Source: Devosia sp. CN2-171 (GTDB lineage Bacteria; Pseudomonadota; Alphaproteobacteria; Rhizobiales; Devosiaceae). From it: 64,000 nt of DNA. Under the pieces are notes generated by a model, which saw only the letters and a program-made list of their open reading frames with translations, did not search any database and was not told the origin of the DNA. Of this stretch, positions 1-10,831 are shown in pieces. Position 1 is the stretch's first letter, and each line of letters starts with the position of its first letter. The stretch is taken from positions 2,997,419-3,061,418 of the forward strand of contig NZ_CP186479.1 in assembly GCF_049354815.1 (NCBI RefSeq), in the 5' to 3' direction. The position numbers and the translations under genes are program-made.

Positions 1-281
1 CCGACGGAGTCTTCGAGTTTGCTGCGATATTCGGCAAGGGCAGTGTCGGAATAGCCCTGCTCGAGAAAAATCGGCAAGGCCCGGTCGATGAGGCGCTGGC
101 CACCCTCGGCGAAGGCGGCGGTGGAGGCGAGCTTCTGCGGGGTGGCGTCGGCCGGCGTGTCACGCGTCATCAGCTCGAACGCGGTGCCGCACCAGAGGTC
201 CCGCCGCGCCTCTTCCGGCACTTCCTGCGCCAGCGCGGCGGCCGGCAGAAGCACCAGGGCGAAGACGAGGAACCTCGGCAT
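1..281 (-). CDS. secreted hypothetical protein, 3'-truncated at the window edge (N-terminal signal peptide MPRFLVFALVLLPAAALA)
   Basis: Reverse-strand ORF starting with ATG (rc of 279-281). Hydrophobic signal-like N-terminus. Runs off the left edge. Confidence 0.45.
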   Translation of the reverse strand, partial: MPRFLVFALVLLPAAALAQEVPEEARRDLWCGTAFELMTRDTPADATPQKLASTAAFAEGGQRLIDRALPIFLEQGYSDTALAEYRSKLEDSV

Positions 282-474
282 TGTCGTTCCTTGGGGAGGC
301 AAACGCGCTCTTTAGACCATGACCCGGGTGCCGGCGACAAGCCGCGACTGCGGCCATCCGAACCGGGAAGAATTGGATAACTACACCGACAGCCGGCCTT
401 TGAGGCTTATGCACCTAAAATGCTATCCAAATCCTCAGCGCCAGCAGAAGCGGGCGCTTTTGGGGGCTACAGAA

Positions 475-810
475 ATGAAACGTGCAGTAGCGGGCGGCGC
501 GATCGCCCTTGCACTGGCGGTGCTTTGCACGCCGGTGCTGGCCGAGGACCTCGATTTCGTCCTCACCAACAATTCGTCCTTTGCGGTGAAGAGCTTCTTC
601 ACCTCGCCGGCCGATGTCGACACCTGGGAAGAAGACGTGTTCGGCGAGAACTACCTGCCGGCCGGCAACTACGTCACCGTCACCATCGGCGACGGGCGCG
701 AGCAGTGCACCTACGACATGAAGTTCATCATGGAAGACGATTCCGAGTTCATCGAGAAGGGCGTCGACCTGTGTGAACTGGGCGAATACACGCTCTCGGA
801 CGCGCAGTAA
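475..810 (+). CDS. small secreted protein of unknown function (signal peptide MKRAVAGGAIALALAVLCTPVLA, two Cys)
   Basis: ORF 319-810. ATG at 475 gives a typical signal peptide. No recognisable family. Confidence 0.5.
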   Translation: MKRAVAGGAIALALAVLCTPVLAEDLDFVLTNNSSFAVKSFFTSPADVDTWEEDVFGENYLPAGNYVTVTIGDGREQCTYDMKFIMEDDSEFIEKGVDLCELGEYTLSDAQ

Positions 811-1049
811 CACTCCCGTTTTGCCTCTTGGAAGCGCTGGCCTCGGGCCGGCGCTTTCGGCCTTTGTGCCACGCGCCTTCGTGAGTTTGTCTCGCACGGC
901 GCTTGCAGGCCCAAACACCCCCTCCTATATAGCGCTCAAGGCCCGGCGACGGGTCAATTTCAAACACGGGAATCCGAACCCCAGTGAGGGACGTGAAGAA
1001 ACTGCCGTGAGGGGTTTCATTCGGGTTCGCCAACAAAGAGGCAGTAGGT

Positions 1050-2957
1050 ATGGGTAAAGTCATCGGTATCGATCTCGGTACGACCAATAGCTGCGTCGCA
1101 GTCATGGACGGCAGCACGCCCAAGGTCATCGAGAATGCGGAAGGCGCGCGCACCACGCCCTCCATGGTCGCGTTCAGCAAGGATGGCGAGCGGCTCGTCG
1201 GCCAGCCGGCCAAGCGCCAGGCCGTCACCAATCCGGAAGGGACGCTGTTCGCGGTGAAGCGCCTCATCGGCCGCCGCTACAACGACCCGATGGTCGAAAA
1301 GGACAAGGGCCTCGTGCCCTTCAAGATCGTCAACGCCGACAATGGCGACGCCTGGGTCGAGGTCGACGGCAAGAAGTCCTCGCCGTCCGAAATCTCGGCG
1401 ATGATCCTGACCAAGATGAAGGAAACCGCCGAATCGTATCTCGGCGAGCCGGTCACCCAGGCGGTGATCACGGTTCCCGCGTATTTCAACGATTCGCAGC
1501 GCCAGGCCACCAAGGACGCCGGCAAGATCGCCGGCCTCGAAGTGCTGCGCATCATCAATGAGCCGACGGCCGCCGCTCTGGCCTACGGGCTCGACAAGAA
1601 GAACACCGGCACCATCGCGGTCTATGACCTCGGCGGCGGCACTTTCGATATCTCGGTGCTCGAGATCGGCGACGGCGTGTTCGAGGTGAAGTCCACCAAC
1701 GGCGACACGTTCCTCGGCGGTGAAGACTTCGACATGCGCCTCGTCGACTACCTCGCCGACGAGTTCAAGAAGGACCAGGGGATCGACCTCCGCAACGACA
1801 AGCTCGCGCTGCAGCGGCTGAAGGAAGCGGCGGAAAAGGCCAAGATCGAGCTCTCGAGCGCGACCCAGACCGAGATCAACCTGCCATTCATCACCGCCGA
1901 CGCTTCGGGTCCGAAGCACCTGACGCTGAAGCTCACCCGCTCGAAGTTCGAGCAGCTGGTGGACGACCTCGTGCAGAAGACCATCGAGCCTTGCAAGCAG
2001 GCGCTCAAGGATGCCGGCGTCACCGCCGCGCAGATCGACGAAGTGGTGCTGGTCGGCGGCATGAGCCGCATGCCCAAGGTCCAGGAAGTCGTCAAGCAGC
2101 TGTTCGGCAAGGAGCCGCACAAGGGCGTCAACCCGGATGAAGTGGTCGCCATGGGCGCCGCCATCCAGGCCGGCGTGCTGCAGGGCGACGTCAAGGACGT
2201 GCTGCTGCTCGACGTGACCCCTCTGTCGCTCGGCATCGAGACGCTGGGTGGAGTGTTCACCCGCCTGATCGACCGCAACACCACGATCCCGACCAAGAAG
2301 AGCCAGACTTTCTCGACCGCAGAGGACAACCAGAGCGCGGTGACCATCCGCGTGTTCCAGGGCGAGCGCGAAATGGCAGCCAACAACAAGCTGCTCGGCA
2401 ACTTCGACCTCGCCGGCATTCCGCCGGCCCCGCGCGGCGTGCCGCAGATCGAAGTGACCTTCGACATCGATGCCAACGGCATCGTGCAGGTTTCGGCCAA
2501 GGACAAGGGTACCGGCAAGGAGCAGCAGATCCGCATCCAGGCCTCGGGTGGCCTGTCGGACGCCGATATCGAGCGCATGGTCAAGGAAGCCGAGGCCAAT
2601 GCCGAGGCCGACAAGAAGAAGCGCGACGCCGTCGAGGCCAAGAACCAGGCCGAATCGCTGATCCACTCGACCGAGAAGTCGCTGAAGGATTACGGCGACA
2701 AAGTCTCCGCCGAGGAGAAGGGCGCCATCGAGACGGCGATCACCGACCTCAAGGGCGTGCTCGAAGGCGACGACGCCGAGGCGATCAAGGAAAAGTCCGC
2801 GACGCTGGCCGAGGCTTCGATGAAGCTGGGCGAAGCCATGTACAAGGCATCGCAGGCCGAGGCTGAAGCCAAGGCGTCCGGCTCGGACCAGTCGCAGGAC
2901 GACGATGTCGTCGACGCCGAGTTCGAGGAAGTTCCGGACGACAAGAAGTCGGCCTGA
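1050..2957 (+). CDS. dnaK: molecular chaperone DnaK (Hsp70)
   Basis: 635-aa translation with canonical Hsp70 motifs ([16 protein letters not shown], the substrate-binding domain, and the C-terminal [10 protein letters not shown]-type tail). Confidence 0.97.
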   Translation: MGKVIGIDLGTTNSCVAVMDGSTPKVIENAEGARTTPSMVAFSKDGERLVGQPAKRQAVTNPEGTLFAVKRLIGRRYNDPMVEKDKGLVPFKIVNADNGDAWVEVDGKKSSPSEISAMILTKMKETAESYLGEPVTQAVITVPAYFNDSQRQATKDAGKIAGLEVLRIINEPTAAALAYGLDKKNTGTIAVYDLGGGTFDISVLEIGDGVFEVKSTNGDTFLGGEDFDMRLVDYLADEFKKDQGIDLRNDKLALQRLKEAAEKAKIELSSATQTEINLPFITADASGPKHLTLKLTRSKFEQLVDDLVQKTIEPCKQALKDAGVTAAQIDEVVLVGGMSRMPKVQEVVKQLFGKEPHKGVNPDEVVAMGAAIQAGVLQGDVKDVLLLDVTPLSLGIETLGGVFTRLIDRNTTIPTKKSQTFSTAEDNQSAVTIRVFQGEREMAANNKLLGNFDLAGIPPAPRGVPQIEVTFDIDANGIVQVSAKDKGTGKEQQIRIQASGGLSDADIERMVKEAEANAEADKKKRDAVEAKNQAESLIHSTEKSLKDYGDKVSAEEKGAIETAITDLKGVLEGDDAEAIKEKSATLAEASMKLGEAMYKASQAEAEAKASGSDQSQDDDVVDAEFEEVPDDKKSA

Positions 2958-3035
2958 TCCCCGTTAAATCGAAACAATAGGCCCGGCAGAAATGCCGGGC
3001 CTATTTGTTTGCGCCGCGTTCTGATAGCGTGCCCT

Positions 3036-3485
3036 ATGTTTCCAGACCTTAAATTGTTCAGCGACCCGGAAAAGCTCCGCAAGCTGATGATAAATGCCAA
3101 GCGGCTCGGCCACGCCGAATACGCGGTTGAAATACAGCTCAGGATCGCCGAACTGGCCGGACTTTCTTTTTCCGATCCGATCGAGCGTGAATTCTGGACC
3201 GCAGTCGCCTGCGCCGAGGAATTCAAGACCGCGGAGAACGGCAAGACCACCCGCCTGTCCCGCACCCGCCAGAAGCACAAGCGCGTCGGCGCCGTGCAAT
3301 GCCTCTCCGATTGGGCGCTGGATCCCGATGTCACCGACGGATTCGGCATTCTGCTCGCCGCCGGCCGGCCGGACCTGACCGGCGAAGCCATCGTGCTCCG
3401 TCATCCCGACGTCTTTTCCGCCGAGGCCCTCGCCAGCGCGCGGGTTAAACTTGCCGCCAACGGCGTCGAAACGGCCGCAAGCTGA
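3036..3485 (+). CDS. hypothetical protein (no recognised family); AT-richer 5' end
   Basis: ORF 3009-3485. ATG at 3036 (MFPDLKLF...). Lies between dnaK and dnaJ. Confidence 0.4.
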   Translation: MFPDLKLFSDPEKLRKLMINAKRLGHAEYAVEIQLRIAELAGLSFSDPIEREFWTAVACAEEFKTAENGKTTRLSRTRQKHKRVGAVQCLSDWALDPDVTDGFGILLAAGRPDLTGEAIVLRHPDVFSAEALASARVKLAANGVETAAS

Positions 3486-3586
3486 AGCTAGGCTGTTCCA
3501 CGTGGCCACCGCCGCCAAGCTCGACACCTGAATGTGCGAGGGGCCCGGAATGATCCGAGCCCCTTGGCATTTGCGCTGTGATTCGC

Positions 3587-4306
3587 TCAGAAGCGGAAGT
3601 TGAGGCCGACGGCAAACGCGTGAGCCGTGTTGTCGTATCGGTTGACCCAGTTGCCGGGGTAAATCACGCCGTCGACCAGCGTCAGGTCCTTCTGGCCGAA
3701 ATCCACGTAGTTGTACTCGGCAAAGACCGACCATCCATCCGCCACGGCATATTCAGCGCCCAGCCCCACGACATAGCCGACGCGCGTATCCTCGACCGAG
3801 CCGTTGAAGCTCATCACCGGCGTTGTGTCGTAGTCGGTGTGCCGGTTGCGAATGACGGCGAGGCCTCCCGTGCCGTAGAGCAGCAGTGCCGGATCGACCA
3901 GGTAGCCGAGCCGCCCCTTGATGGTCGCGATCGCGCTCGTTTCGGTCGTTGTGTACTCCGGGAAGCCCGGACCGACGGGGTAAAAGGCATTGCTCCCCGA
4001 CAGGTCCGTCAACTCGATCGTGCCGACGACACCCAGCACCATCTCGCCGAGCTGCACGTCACAGCCGACGCGCCCGCCCACGTTGAAGCCTTCGGCGACG
4101 TGGCTGCCGCCATCGTAATAGCCGGCCGCCAGCACCGTGGCTGTCGTCTGCGCGGCATATCCGAGGCTCGCGCCGACGTAGCAACCGGACCAGGACGCGA
4201 CCTCATCGGTCATCGCAACCTCGACGACACCGGCGCTGATCAGGTCAGCGGCACTGGCGGCCGTTGTCATCAGCGCCAGTGCGAGAGCACTGCTTAGAAT
4301 TCTCAC
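3587..4306 (-). CDS. outer-membrane beta-barrel protein (Omp25/OmpA-like porin family)
   Basis: 239 aa. N-terminal signal peptide (ALALALMTTAASAADL). Alternating aromatic/hydrophobic beta-strand pattern. C-terminal ...GLNFRF with terminal Phe. GTG start. Confidence 0.7.
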   Translation of the reverse strand: MRILSSALALALMTTAASAADLISAGVVEVAMTDEVASWSGCYVGASLGYAAQTTATVLAAGYYDGGSHVAEGFNVGGRVGCDVQLGEMVLGVVGTIELTDLSGSNAFYPVGPGFPEYTTTETSAIATIKGRLGYLVDPALLLYGTGGLAVIRNRHTDYDTTPVMSFNGSVEDTRVGYVVGLGAEYAVADGWSVFAEYNYVDFGQKDLTLVDGVIYPGNWVNRYDNTAHAFAVGLNFRF

Positions 4307-4438
4307 TATGGGCCCCTACGAACGAATGGATCAAATAATAGGTCGCAGCGTCTGCCAACGCGGTGCGCTTTACAAGCTCGCCGGGCCGAGCAGATGTGCA
4401 GAAGGCGCCTGACCCAGCCGATTCTTGGGACTTCAGGC

Positions 4439-4454
4439 GGTTTCACGTGAATCA
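4439..4454. promoter_or_regulatory. parS-like site GGTTTCACGTGAATCA (14/16 to TGTTNCACGTGAAACA)
   Basis: Read directly. Divergent intergenic region, OMP/esterase. Confidence 0.7.
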
Positions 4455-4663
4455 GCGGGCGGCAACGAGGGATGAGAGCCGATGCAACTGCGGACTCTTC
4501 CCAATCTCGCCGCAAGGCGGCCCAAATGTCTTCACATCGCGCGCTAAGGTGGGACGTGTTGAGAAGTGGATGCGGGAACCGTCAGCAGCGGTGCATCCAG
4601 AGAGGGCAAAGGGGTCCAGGCCACGGACCTGATGCCGGGGCGGCGACTTCGAAAGGGTATTGG

Positions 4664-5695
4664 ATGTCATCGGTAGAGGTGCGGCGGTACGCTCAGAACA
4701 GCGGACCGGATGCAACGGCTTCCCTTGAGCCGCCGGCCGAACGGCTGGACGCGGACATGCGTCACGTCCTCGGCGTGCTCGAGCAGATGGGCGGCAAGCG
4801 CATCGAGGCCTGCAAGTCGCCCGAAGCGCGCGCTCTGCCGACGCTCGACATGGCCCTGCGCCGGATCCTCCGCGATCAGGTCGACGACATGGATGTCAGC
4901 ATGGAGATGCGGCTCATCACCGGCCATACCGGCGATGTGCGGGCCCGCATCTACGTGCCGCAGAACGATATCGTCGCCGGCCCGCGGCCGATGATTCTCT
5001 TCCTCCATGGCGGCGGATTCGTGCTCGGCGACGTGGACAATTACGATGCGAGCCCGCGAGCCCTCGCGGCGCGCACCGGTGCGGTGGTGGTCTCGGCGCA
5101 TTACCGGCAGGCGCCGGAGCACCGTTTTCCGGCCGCGCACGAGGATGCCTGGTCGGCCTGGCAATGGCTGATCGAACATGCCCAGTCGCTCGGTGGCGAT
5201 CCGAAGCGTGCCGCGATCGTCGGCGAAGGCTCGGGCGCCAATCTCGCGGTCAACACGGCGCTCCGCGCCAAGGTCGAAGGCAAGCAGGCCCCGATCCACC
5301 TCGGGCTCGTCACCCCCATGGCGGCGATGCTGTTCGACCTGCCCTCGCATCAGCAGAACGCCACGACCTTCCCCTATTCCACCGCCACGCTCGAATGGGC
5401 GGCACGAAAACTCTTCCGCCACAAGGACGAGGCGCACGACGCGCGCATGAACATCGCCGGCCGGTTCGATCTCGACGGCTTGCCGCCGGTGACGGTGATC
5501 CTCGCCGAAGCCGATCCGCTGCGATCGGAAGGCGAGGCGCTCGCCGACGCCATCCGCCGCTCAGGCGTTTGGGTCGACGCCACGCTCTACGAGGGCGTGA
5601 CGCACGGCTTCTTCGGGCTCTACCGGGTGGTCAACAAGGCGATGTTCGCGCATGGCCAGCTGAGCCGGAACCTCGCCGCCGCCTTCGATCGCTGA
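4664..5695 (+). CDS. alpha/beta-hydrolase esterase/lipase (HSL-like family; HGGGF oxyanion motif)
   Basis: Translation contains LFLHGGGFVLGD and a GxSxG-like GEGSGAN nucleophile region. Start chosen at ATG 4664 (MSSVEVRRYAQ...). Confidence 0.7.
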   Translation: MSSVEVRRYAQNSGPDATASLEPPAERLDADMRHVLGVLEQMGGKRIEACKSPEARALPTLDMALRRILRDQVDDMDVSMEMRLITGHTGDVRARIYVPQNDIVAGPRPMILFLHGGGFVLGDVDNYDASPRALAARTGAVVVSAHYRQAPEHRFPAAHEDAWSAWQWLIEHAQSLGGDPKRAAIVGEGSGANLAVNTALRAKVEGKQAPIHLGLVTPMAAMLFDLPSHQQNATTFPYSTATLEWAARKLFRHKDEAHDARMNIAGRFDLDGLPPVTVILAEADPLRSEGEALADAIRRSGVWVDATLYEGVTHGFFGLYRVVNKAMFAHGQLSRNLAAAFDR

Positions 5696-5872
5696 TCGCT
5701 TCGGGGTTACCGCCTCGCGCGCCGCGGTGGATAAGCCACACCGCGGCTCTTCGTCGAACGGTATGCGTTGGATACCATTGAAGCGGTCCGCACCTATGGT
5801 AAGAGCGCACAGCAGTACTTATCTAGCCGGAATGCCTGGGACGGGGCACTGGGCAGCTGGGATCGAGACGGA

Positions 5873-7000
5873 TTGGCCAAACGCGACTTTTATGAAGTGC
5901 TCGGAGTGCCCAAGGGCGCCGACGAAGGGGTGCTGAAGGGCGCCTACCGCAAGCTTGCGATGCAGTTCCATCCGGACCGCAATCCGGGCAACGCCGATGC
6001 CGAGCACAAGTTCAAGGAAATCTCCGAAGCCTACGACACGTTGAAGGACCCGCAGAAGCGCGCGGCCTACGACCGGTTCGGGCATGCCGCCTTCGAGAAT
6101 GGCGGCGGACGCGGTCCGGGCGGCTTCGGGCCGGAATTCACCTCGTCGATGTCCGATATCTTCGAGGATATCTTCGGGGACTTCATGGGCGGTCAGCGCG
6201 GCCGCTCCGGCCAGTCGCGCCTCCGCGGCTCGGACCTGCGCTACAATCTCGAGATTTCGCTCGAGGAGGCATTTACCGGCCGCACCGTCGATATCGACGT
6301 GCCGACACTCGCCACCTGCGATACCTGCGACGGTTCGGGCGCCAAGCCCGGCACCGGCATGTCGACCTGCCGGCACTGCAACGGCCAGGGCAAGGTCCGC
6401 GCGGCGCAGGGCTTCTTCACCATCGAGCGCACCTGCCCGATCTGCAACGGCCGCGGCCAGATCCTCGAGCAGGCCTGCACCGATTGCGGTGGCCAGGGCC
6501 GTCGCCAGCAGAACCGCACGCTCAGCGTCGATATCCCCAAGGGGATCGAGGACGGCACCCGCATCCGCCTCGCCAACGAGGGTGAAGCGGGCCTGCGCGG
6601 TGGACCGCCGGGCGATCTCTACATCTTCATCTCGATCAAGCCGCACGACCTGTTCCAGCGCGACGGCGCTGACCTCTATGCCCGGGTCCCCATCGCCATG
6701 ACCACGGCAGCGCTGGGTGGCGAGTTCGAAGTACCGACGCTCGACGCCGCCCGCGCCCGGGTGAAAGTCGCCTCCGGTACGCAGCCGGGCCAGCGCGTCC
6801 GCCTCAAGGGCAAGGGCATGCCGATCCTCCGCTCGAAGGACTTTGGCGATCTCTACGTCCAGCTCGACGTCGAGACGCCGCAGAGCCTGTCGAAGCGCCA
6901 GCGCGAGTTGCTCGAAGAGTTCGAGAAGGAATCGACGCGCGAGAACTCGCCGACCAGCGAGGGCTTCTTCGCCAAGCTGAAGAGCATTTTCGAGGGCTGA
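5873..7000 (+). CDS. dnaJ: molecular chaperone DnaJ (J domain, G/F region, 4x CxxCxGxG zinc finger)
   Basis: Motifs [43 protein letters not shown] and CTDCGGQG are present. Probable TTG start at 5873. An upstream in-frame extension is unlikely. Confidence 0.92.
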   Translation: MAKRDFYEVLGVPKGADEGVLKGAYRKLAMQFHPDRNPGNADAEHKFKEISEAYDTLKDPQKRAAYDRFGHAAFENGGGRGPGGFGPEFTSSMSDIFEDIFGDFMGGQRGRSGQSRLRGSDLRYNLEISLEEAFTGRTVDIDVPTLATCDTCDGSGAKPGTGMSTCRHCNGQGKVRAAQGFFTIERTCPICNGRGQILEQACTDCGGQGRRQQNRTLSVDIPKGIEDGTRIRLANEGEAGLRGGPPGDLYIFISIKPHDLFQRDGADLYARVPIAMTTAALGGEFEVPTLDAARARVKVASGTQPGQRVRLKGKGMPILRSKDFGDLYVQLDVETPQSLSKRQRELLEEFEKESTRENSPTSEGFFAKLKSIFEG

Positions 7001-7097
7001 GACGGGATCGGCCGGCGTCCGGCGCGCAGCCTGCTGACAAAAACTGGTCGTGGCCCGGACTAGCGTGGCGGCATTGTCCACCAGCTCCAGGCCCCAA

Positions 7098-7475
7098 ATG
7101 AAGTTCGCCTCAGTCCGTGTTGTCACCGACCAGTTCGACTTCGACGCCCTGGTCGATTTCTACGCTAGGCTCACCGGCGTGCGGCCGACGCGCCTCGCTC
7201 CCGGTTTTGGGGAGATCCGCCTCGAAGGCTGCACCTTGGCCATCTCGTCGCGCGAGATCATCGAGCGCGTGAACGGCGGCGCCGTCGTGCCCAACGCCAA
7301 CCGTTCCTTGATGCTCGAGTTCGAAGTCGACAACGTCGACGACCTGCTCGAGCGTGCGACGTCGCTGGCTCAGGTCGTCCAGCAGCCAACCACCATGCCG
7401 TGGGGCAATCGTTCGATGCTGCTCCGCGACCCTGACGGAGCAATCGTCAACATTTTCTCCCGACCCAACAGCTGA
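7098..7475 (+). CDS. VOC/glyoxalase-bleomycin-resistance-fold protein
   Basis: About 125 aa starting MKFASVRVVTDQFDF. Fold assignment is from overall pattern only. Confidence 0.5.
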   Translation: MKFASVRVVTDQFDFDALVDFYARLTGVRPTRLAPGFGEIRLEGCTLAISSREIIERVNGGAVVPNANRSLMLEFEVDNVDDLLERATSLAQVVQQPTTMPWGNRSMLLRDPDGAIVNIFSRPNS

Positions 7476-7524
7476 GAAGTGCCCGCACTTGCCAGCGGCG
7501 CCGTCGTGCCGCTAGCACTGCTTC

Positions 7525-8094
7525 ATGACCGATATTACCGCCCCCAAGACCGCCATCACCATCTGCGGCTCGCTCCGCAAGGATTCCATCAACGAACCGC
7601 TCCGCCGGCACATGTCGGCAAAGCTCCGCGAGGCCGGTGTCATCGTCACCGATCTCGATCTCGCTGATTTCGAGATGCCGATCTTCAACCAGGATTTCGA
7701 GGCCGAACACACGCCCGAGGCCGCGAAGCGCCTCGCGGACCTGTTCCGCTCGCACGACATCGTCCTCATCATCTCGCCCGAGTATAATGGCGGCATCACC
7801 CCGCTGATCGCCAACGTGATCTCGTGGATCAGCCGGCAGAAGCCGAGCCCGTTCCGGCACGCCATTTTCGGTATCGGCGGGGTCAGCGACGGCAAGTACG
7901 CGACGATCTTCGCCCTCTCGCACCTGCGCGACAGCCTCAGCAAGGTTGGCGCGCTGGTGGTGCCGACACTGCTCGGGATCGGGCCCTATCCGGACGTGTT
8001 CGACGAGAATGGCGCGCCCAACGAAGGCAACATCCAGTGGAAGGTCGGGCAGATGGTGCGCGAACTGACCCACTTCTCGCGCGGCGGCATCTGA
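7525..8094 (+). CDS. NAD(P)H-dependent FMN reductase (flavodoxin-like fold)
   Basis: ITICGSLRKDSINE...ISPEYNGGITP resembles SsuE/ChrR/ArsH-type reductases. Confidence 0.7.
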   Translation: MTDITAPKTAITICGSLRKDSINEPLRRHMSAKLREAGVIVTDLDLADFEMPIFNQDFEAEHTPEAAKRLADLFRSHDIVLIISPEYNGGITPLIANVISWISRQKPSPFRHAIFGIGGVSDGKYATIFALSHLRDSLSKVGALVVPTLLGIGPYPDVFDENGAPNEGNIQWKVGQMVRELTHFSRGGI

Positions 8095-8095
8095 G

Positions 8096-8708
8096 CGTGA
8101 CCTACGCACTTTACGTCACCCACCCACAGGTGGTGCAGGACCCGGCGATTCCGGTCCCCAGATGGGGGCTTTCTGAGCTCGGCCGTCGGCGCGCAGAACG
8201 ATTCGCGAACCACGTATTGATGCGTGCTGTCATACGCATCGTATCCAGCCGCGAAACCAAGGCCCTCGAGCTCGCGGCAATTCTTGCAGCGCTGTGTAAG
8301 GCGCCTGTGGAGAGCGGGGAAAACTTCGGCGAGAACGATCGCAGCAGTACTGGTTTTGTTCCGCGCGAGCGGTTCGAAGCGCTGGCCGATTCGTTCTTCG
8401 CGCACCCCGACACATCGGTCGAGGGCTGGGAGACAGCCCGGTCCGCACAGGGGCGCGTCGTCGGCGCGGTCGAGGCCGTGCTCCACGAGCACGATGCAAG
8501 CCGGCCAATCGCCTTCGCCGGCCACGGCGCCGTCGGCACGCTGCTCAAGTGCCACCTCGGCAAGCGTGACATCGCTCGCAGCGAAGACCAGAGCCGGCAT
8601 GGCGACCCCGGTGGCGGCAACGTCTTCGTCTTCCGGCTGAGCGATATGGCGCTGCTCACCGGGTGGACGGCGATGGAAGCTCTGCCCGAGACGATCCCCG
8701 GCCTCTAG
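8096..8708 (+). CDS. histidine phosphatase superfamily protein (phosphoglycerate-mutase-like branch)
   Basis: GTG start overlaps the previous stop. N-terminal YVTHPQV... motif region. About 200 aa. Confidence 0.5.
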
Positions 8709-9148
8709 CGGCCGGGCGCCCACTCGCCGACGCCGAACAGGTCGATCGCATCTTCCAGCGCCGCCTTCAGCCGGTCGAGGCGGGCGATGTCATGATCCAC
8801 CTCGCGCAGCCGCACCGGCCCCGCCGAGGGAGCCTCGCCGACCAGCGTAGTGCCCTTTTCTGTCAGGCCCACCAGCCGGGCCCGGCGATCATTCGGATCG
8901 GTCCGCACCGTCACAAGGTCCAGCCGGCGCAGCTCGTCGATCGATTGACCCAGCGTCGCCGGATGCATCACCAGCGCCTTGCGCAGCGCGGCCAAGGGCA
9001 ATTGCGGGCGCTCGGCACAGATGCGCAGCACCTGCAGCTGCAGCCCGGTAATGCCGAAGCGCTTGCGCAAGTCCGCCTCGAATGCCGCCATGGCGCGTTC
9101 GAGCCGCACCCAGGCGACGGTGGCGGAAAGCGCCTGCTGCTGCATGAA
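8705..9148 (-). CDS. MarR-family transcriptional regulator
   Basis: About 148 aa with a winged-helix region (LQVLRICAERPQLPLAALRKALVMHPATLGQSIDELRRLDLV...DRRARLV). The in-frame upstream extension is judged spurious. Confidence 0.7.
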   Translation of the reverse strand, partial: FMQQQALSATVAWVRLERAMAAFEADLRKRFGITGLQLQVLRICAERPQLPLAALRKALVMHPATLGQSIDELRRLDLVTVRTDPNDRRARLVGLTEKGTTLVGEAPSAGPVRLREVDHDIARLDRLKAALEDAIDLFGVGEWAPGR

Positions 9149-9262
9149 ACCCAACCGAATCTGACTTGCTATGGCGGCATACTGAGTGTCACGCCAGAGC
9201 GGCGCAAGCCTTGACCTCGGACCGCGACGCGTGGCACTAGCCAGAAAATCCGGAGACATCTG

Positions 9263-9961
9263 ATGGCAGGAACGCTCATCGTGGCGCTCGATCTCGACAC
9301 GCGAGACGAGGCCGAACGCTTGGTCGCGGAACTCGGCGACACCGTCGATTTCTACAAGATCGGCTACCAGCTGTTCTATGGCGGCGACGGGCTGAACCTC
9401 GGCAAGGCCCTCCTCGCCGCCGGCAAGCGGGTGTTCTTCGACCTCAAGATGCTCGATATCGACAACACGGTCGAAAAAGGCGTCAGTGCGATCGCCCGGA
9501 CCGGTGCCACAATGACGACGGTCCACGCCTACCCCAAGACCATGCGCGCTGCGGCCAGGGCGGCCGAAGGTTCCGGCCTCACAGTGCTCGGCGTCACGGT
9601 CCTCACCTCGATGGACGATGCCGACCTCATCGAGGCCGGCTATTCGCGCGATGCGGCCGGGCTCGTGGCGCTCCGCGCCGAACAGGCCACGGCGGCCGGG
9701 ATAGGCGGCATCGTCTGCTCGCCCAATGAAGCCGAGATGGTGCGCTCGATCGTCGGGCCCAGGCTCGCCATCGTCACCCCCGGCATCCGTCCGACCGGGA
9801 GCACGCACGGCGACCAGAAGCGCGTTACCGGCCCGGGTGAAGCCCTGAAGGCCGGCGCCAGCCACCTCGTCGTCGGCCGCCCGATCACCGCGGCACCCGA
9901 TCCGGTCGCGGCGGCGAAGGCCATCCTCGCCGAAATGGGTGGCGGGACGCGGTTGGCATGA
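9263..9961 (+). CDS. pyrF: orotidine 5'-phosphate decarboxylase
   Basis: Motifs VALDLD...FYKIGYQLF and [11 protein letters not shown] are present. About 232 aa. Confidence 0.9.
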   Translation: MAGTLIVALDLDTRDEAERLVAELGDTVDFYKIGYQLFYGGDGLNLGKALLAAGKRVFFDLKMLDIDNTVEKGVSAIARTGATMTTVHAYPKTMRAAARAAEGSGLTVLGVTVLTSMDDADLIEAGYSRDAAGLVALRAEQATAAGIGGIVCSPNEAEMVRSIVGPRLAIVTPGIRPTGSTHGDQKRVTGPGEALKAGASHLVVGRPITAAPDPVAAAKAILAEMGGGTRLA

Positions 9962-10011
9962 CGCCGGCCGCTGCGCTATAGCCCATCGCAAGCGTTAGTC
10001 GGGAGCCGGGC

Positions 10012-10821
10012 ATGTCTGATCTCAAGGTCGCAATCGCGGGAGCCGGCGGACGCATGGGCGGCGCCAATATCCGCGCGATCGCGGCGACACCGGGGCTCGC
10101 GGTCTTTTCGGCTTTTGATCGCAGCGGCCCCGCCATCGGCCGGGATGCGGGCGAGCTGGCCGGCGTGGATGCGCTCGGCGTCGCCATCACCGACAATGTC
10201 GACGCCGCCCTTACCGGCGCCGAAGCAATCATCGATTTCACCGCCCCCGCCAATTCTGTGGCGCTGGCGAAGGAGGCGGCCAGACGCGGCCTCATCCACA
10301 TCATCGGCACCACCGGCTGCATCGAGGCCGATGATGCGGCCATCACAGATGCCGCCGCAAACGGCGCCCGCATCGTCAAGGCCGGGAATTTCTCGCTCGG
10401 CGTCAACGTGCTGCTCGGCCTCGTCAAGCAGGCGGCCGCGGCGCTGCCGGGCTTCGACATCGAAATCCTCGAGATGCACCACAACAAGAAGGTGGACGCG
10501 CCCTCGGGCACAGCGCTGATGCTCGGCGAAGCCGCCGCGCGCGGCCGCAATCTCGATCTCAAGACCCATTCGGTGCGTGTCCGCGACGGCCATACCGGCC
10601 CGCGCGAGGCTGGCAGCATCGGCTTTGCCACGCTACGCGGCGGCAATGTCGTCGGCGAGCACAAGGTGATCCTCGCCGGCCCGTCCGAGCGGATCGAACT
10701 CAACCACATCGCCGACAACCGCGCGCTCTTTGCAGAAGGCGCGGTGCGGGCGGCGCTCTGGGCCCGCGACCAGCGGCCCGGCCTCTATTCCATGGCCGAC
10801 GTGCTCGGCTTCAACTCATAG
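10012..10821 (+). CDS. dapB: 4-hydroxy-tetrahydrodipicolinate reductase
   Basis: N-terminal VAIAGAGGRMG Rossmann motif and EMHHNKKVDAPSGTAL signature. Confidence 0.92.
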   Translation: MSDLKVAIAGAGGRMGGANIRAIAATPGLAVFSAFDRSGPAIGRDAGELAGVDALGVAITDNVDAALTGAEAIIDFTAPANSVALAKEAARRGLIHIIGTTGCIEADDAAITDAAANGARIVKAGNFSLGVNVLLGLVKQAAAALPGFDIEILEMHHNKKVDAPSGTALMLGEAAARGRNLDLKTHSVRVRDGHTGPREAGSIGFATLRGGNVVGEHKVILAGPSERIELNHIADNRALFAEGAVRAALWARDQRPGLYSMADVLGFNS

Positions 10822-10831
10822 GAACTGATCG

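Noticed and set aside
1017-2666. A 549-aa ORF antisense to dnaK. Similar long antisense or out-of-frame ORFs occur elsewhere: 5819-7126 opposite dnaJ, 46726-48726 opposite mnmG, 19636-20922, 24717-25802, 8705-9991 upstream extension, and 29374-31302 upstream extension.
   Set aside because: Typical stop-codon-poor artefacts of a 67%-GC genome. Each overlaps a gene with unmistakable conserved motifs on the other strand or frame. The antisense translations are low-complexity and Arg/Ala/Gly/Pro-rich.
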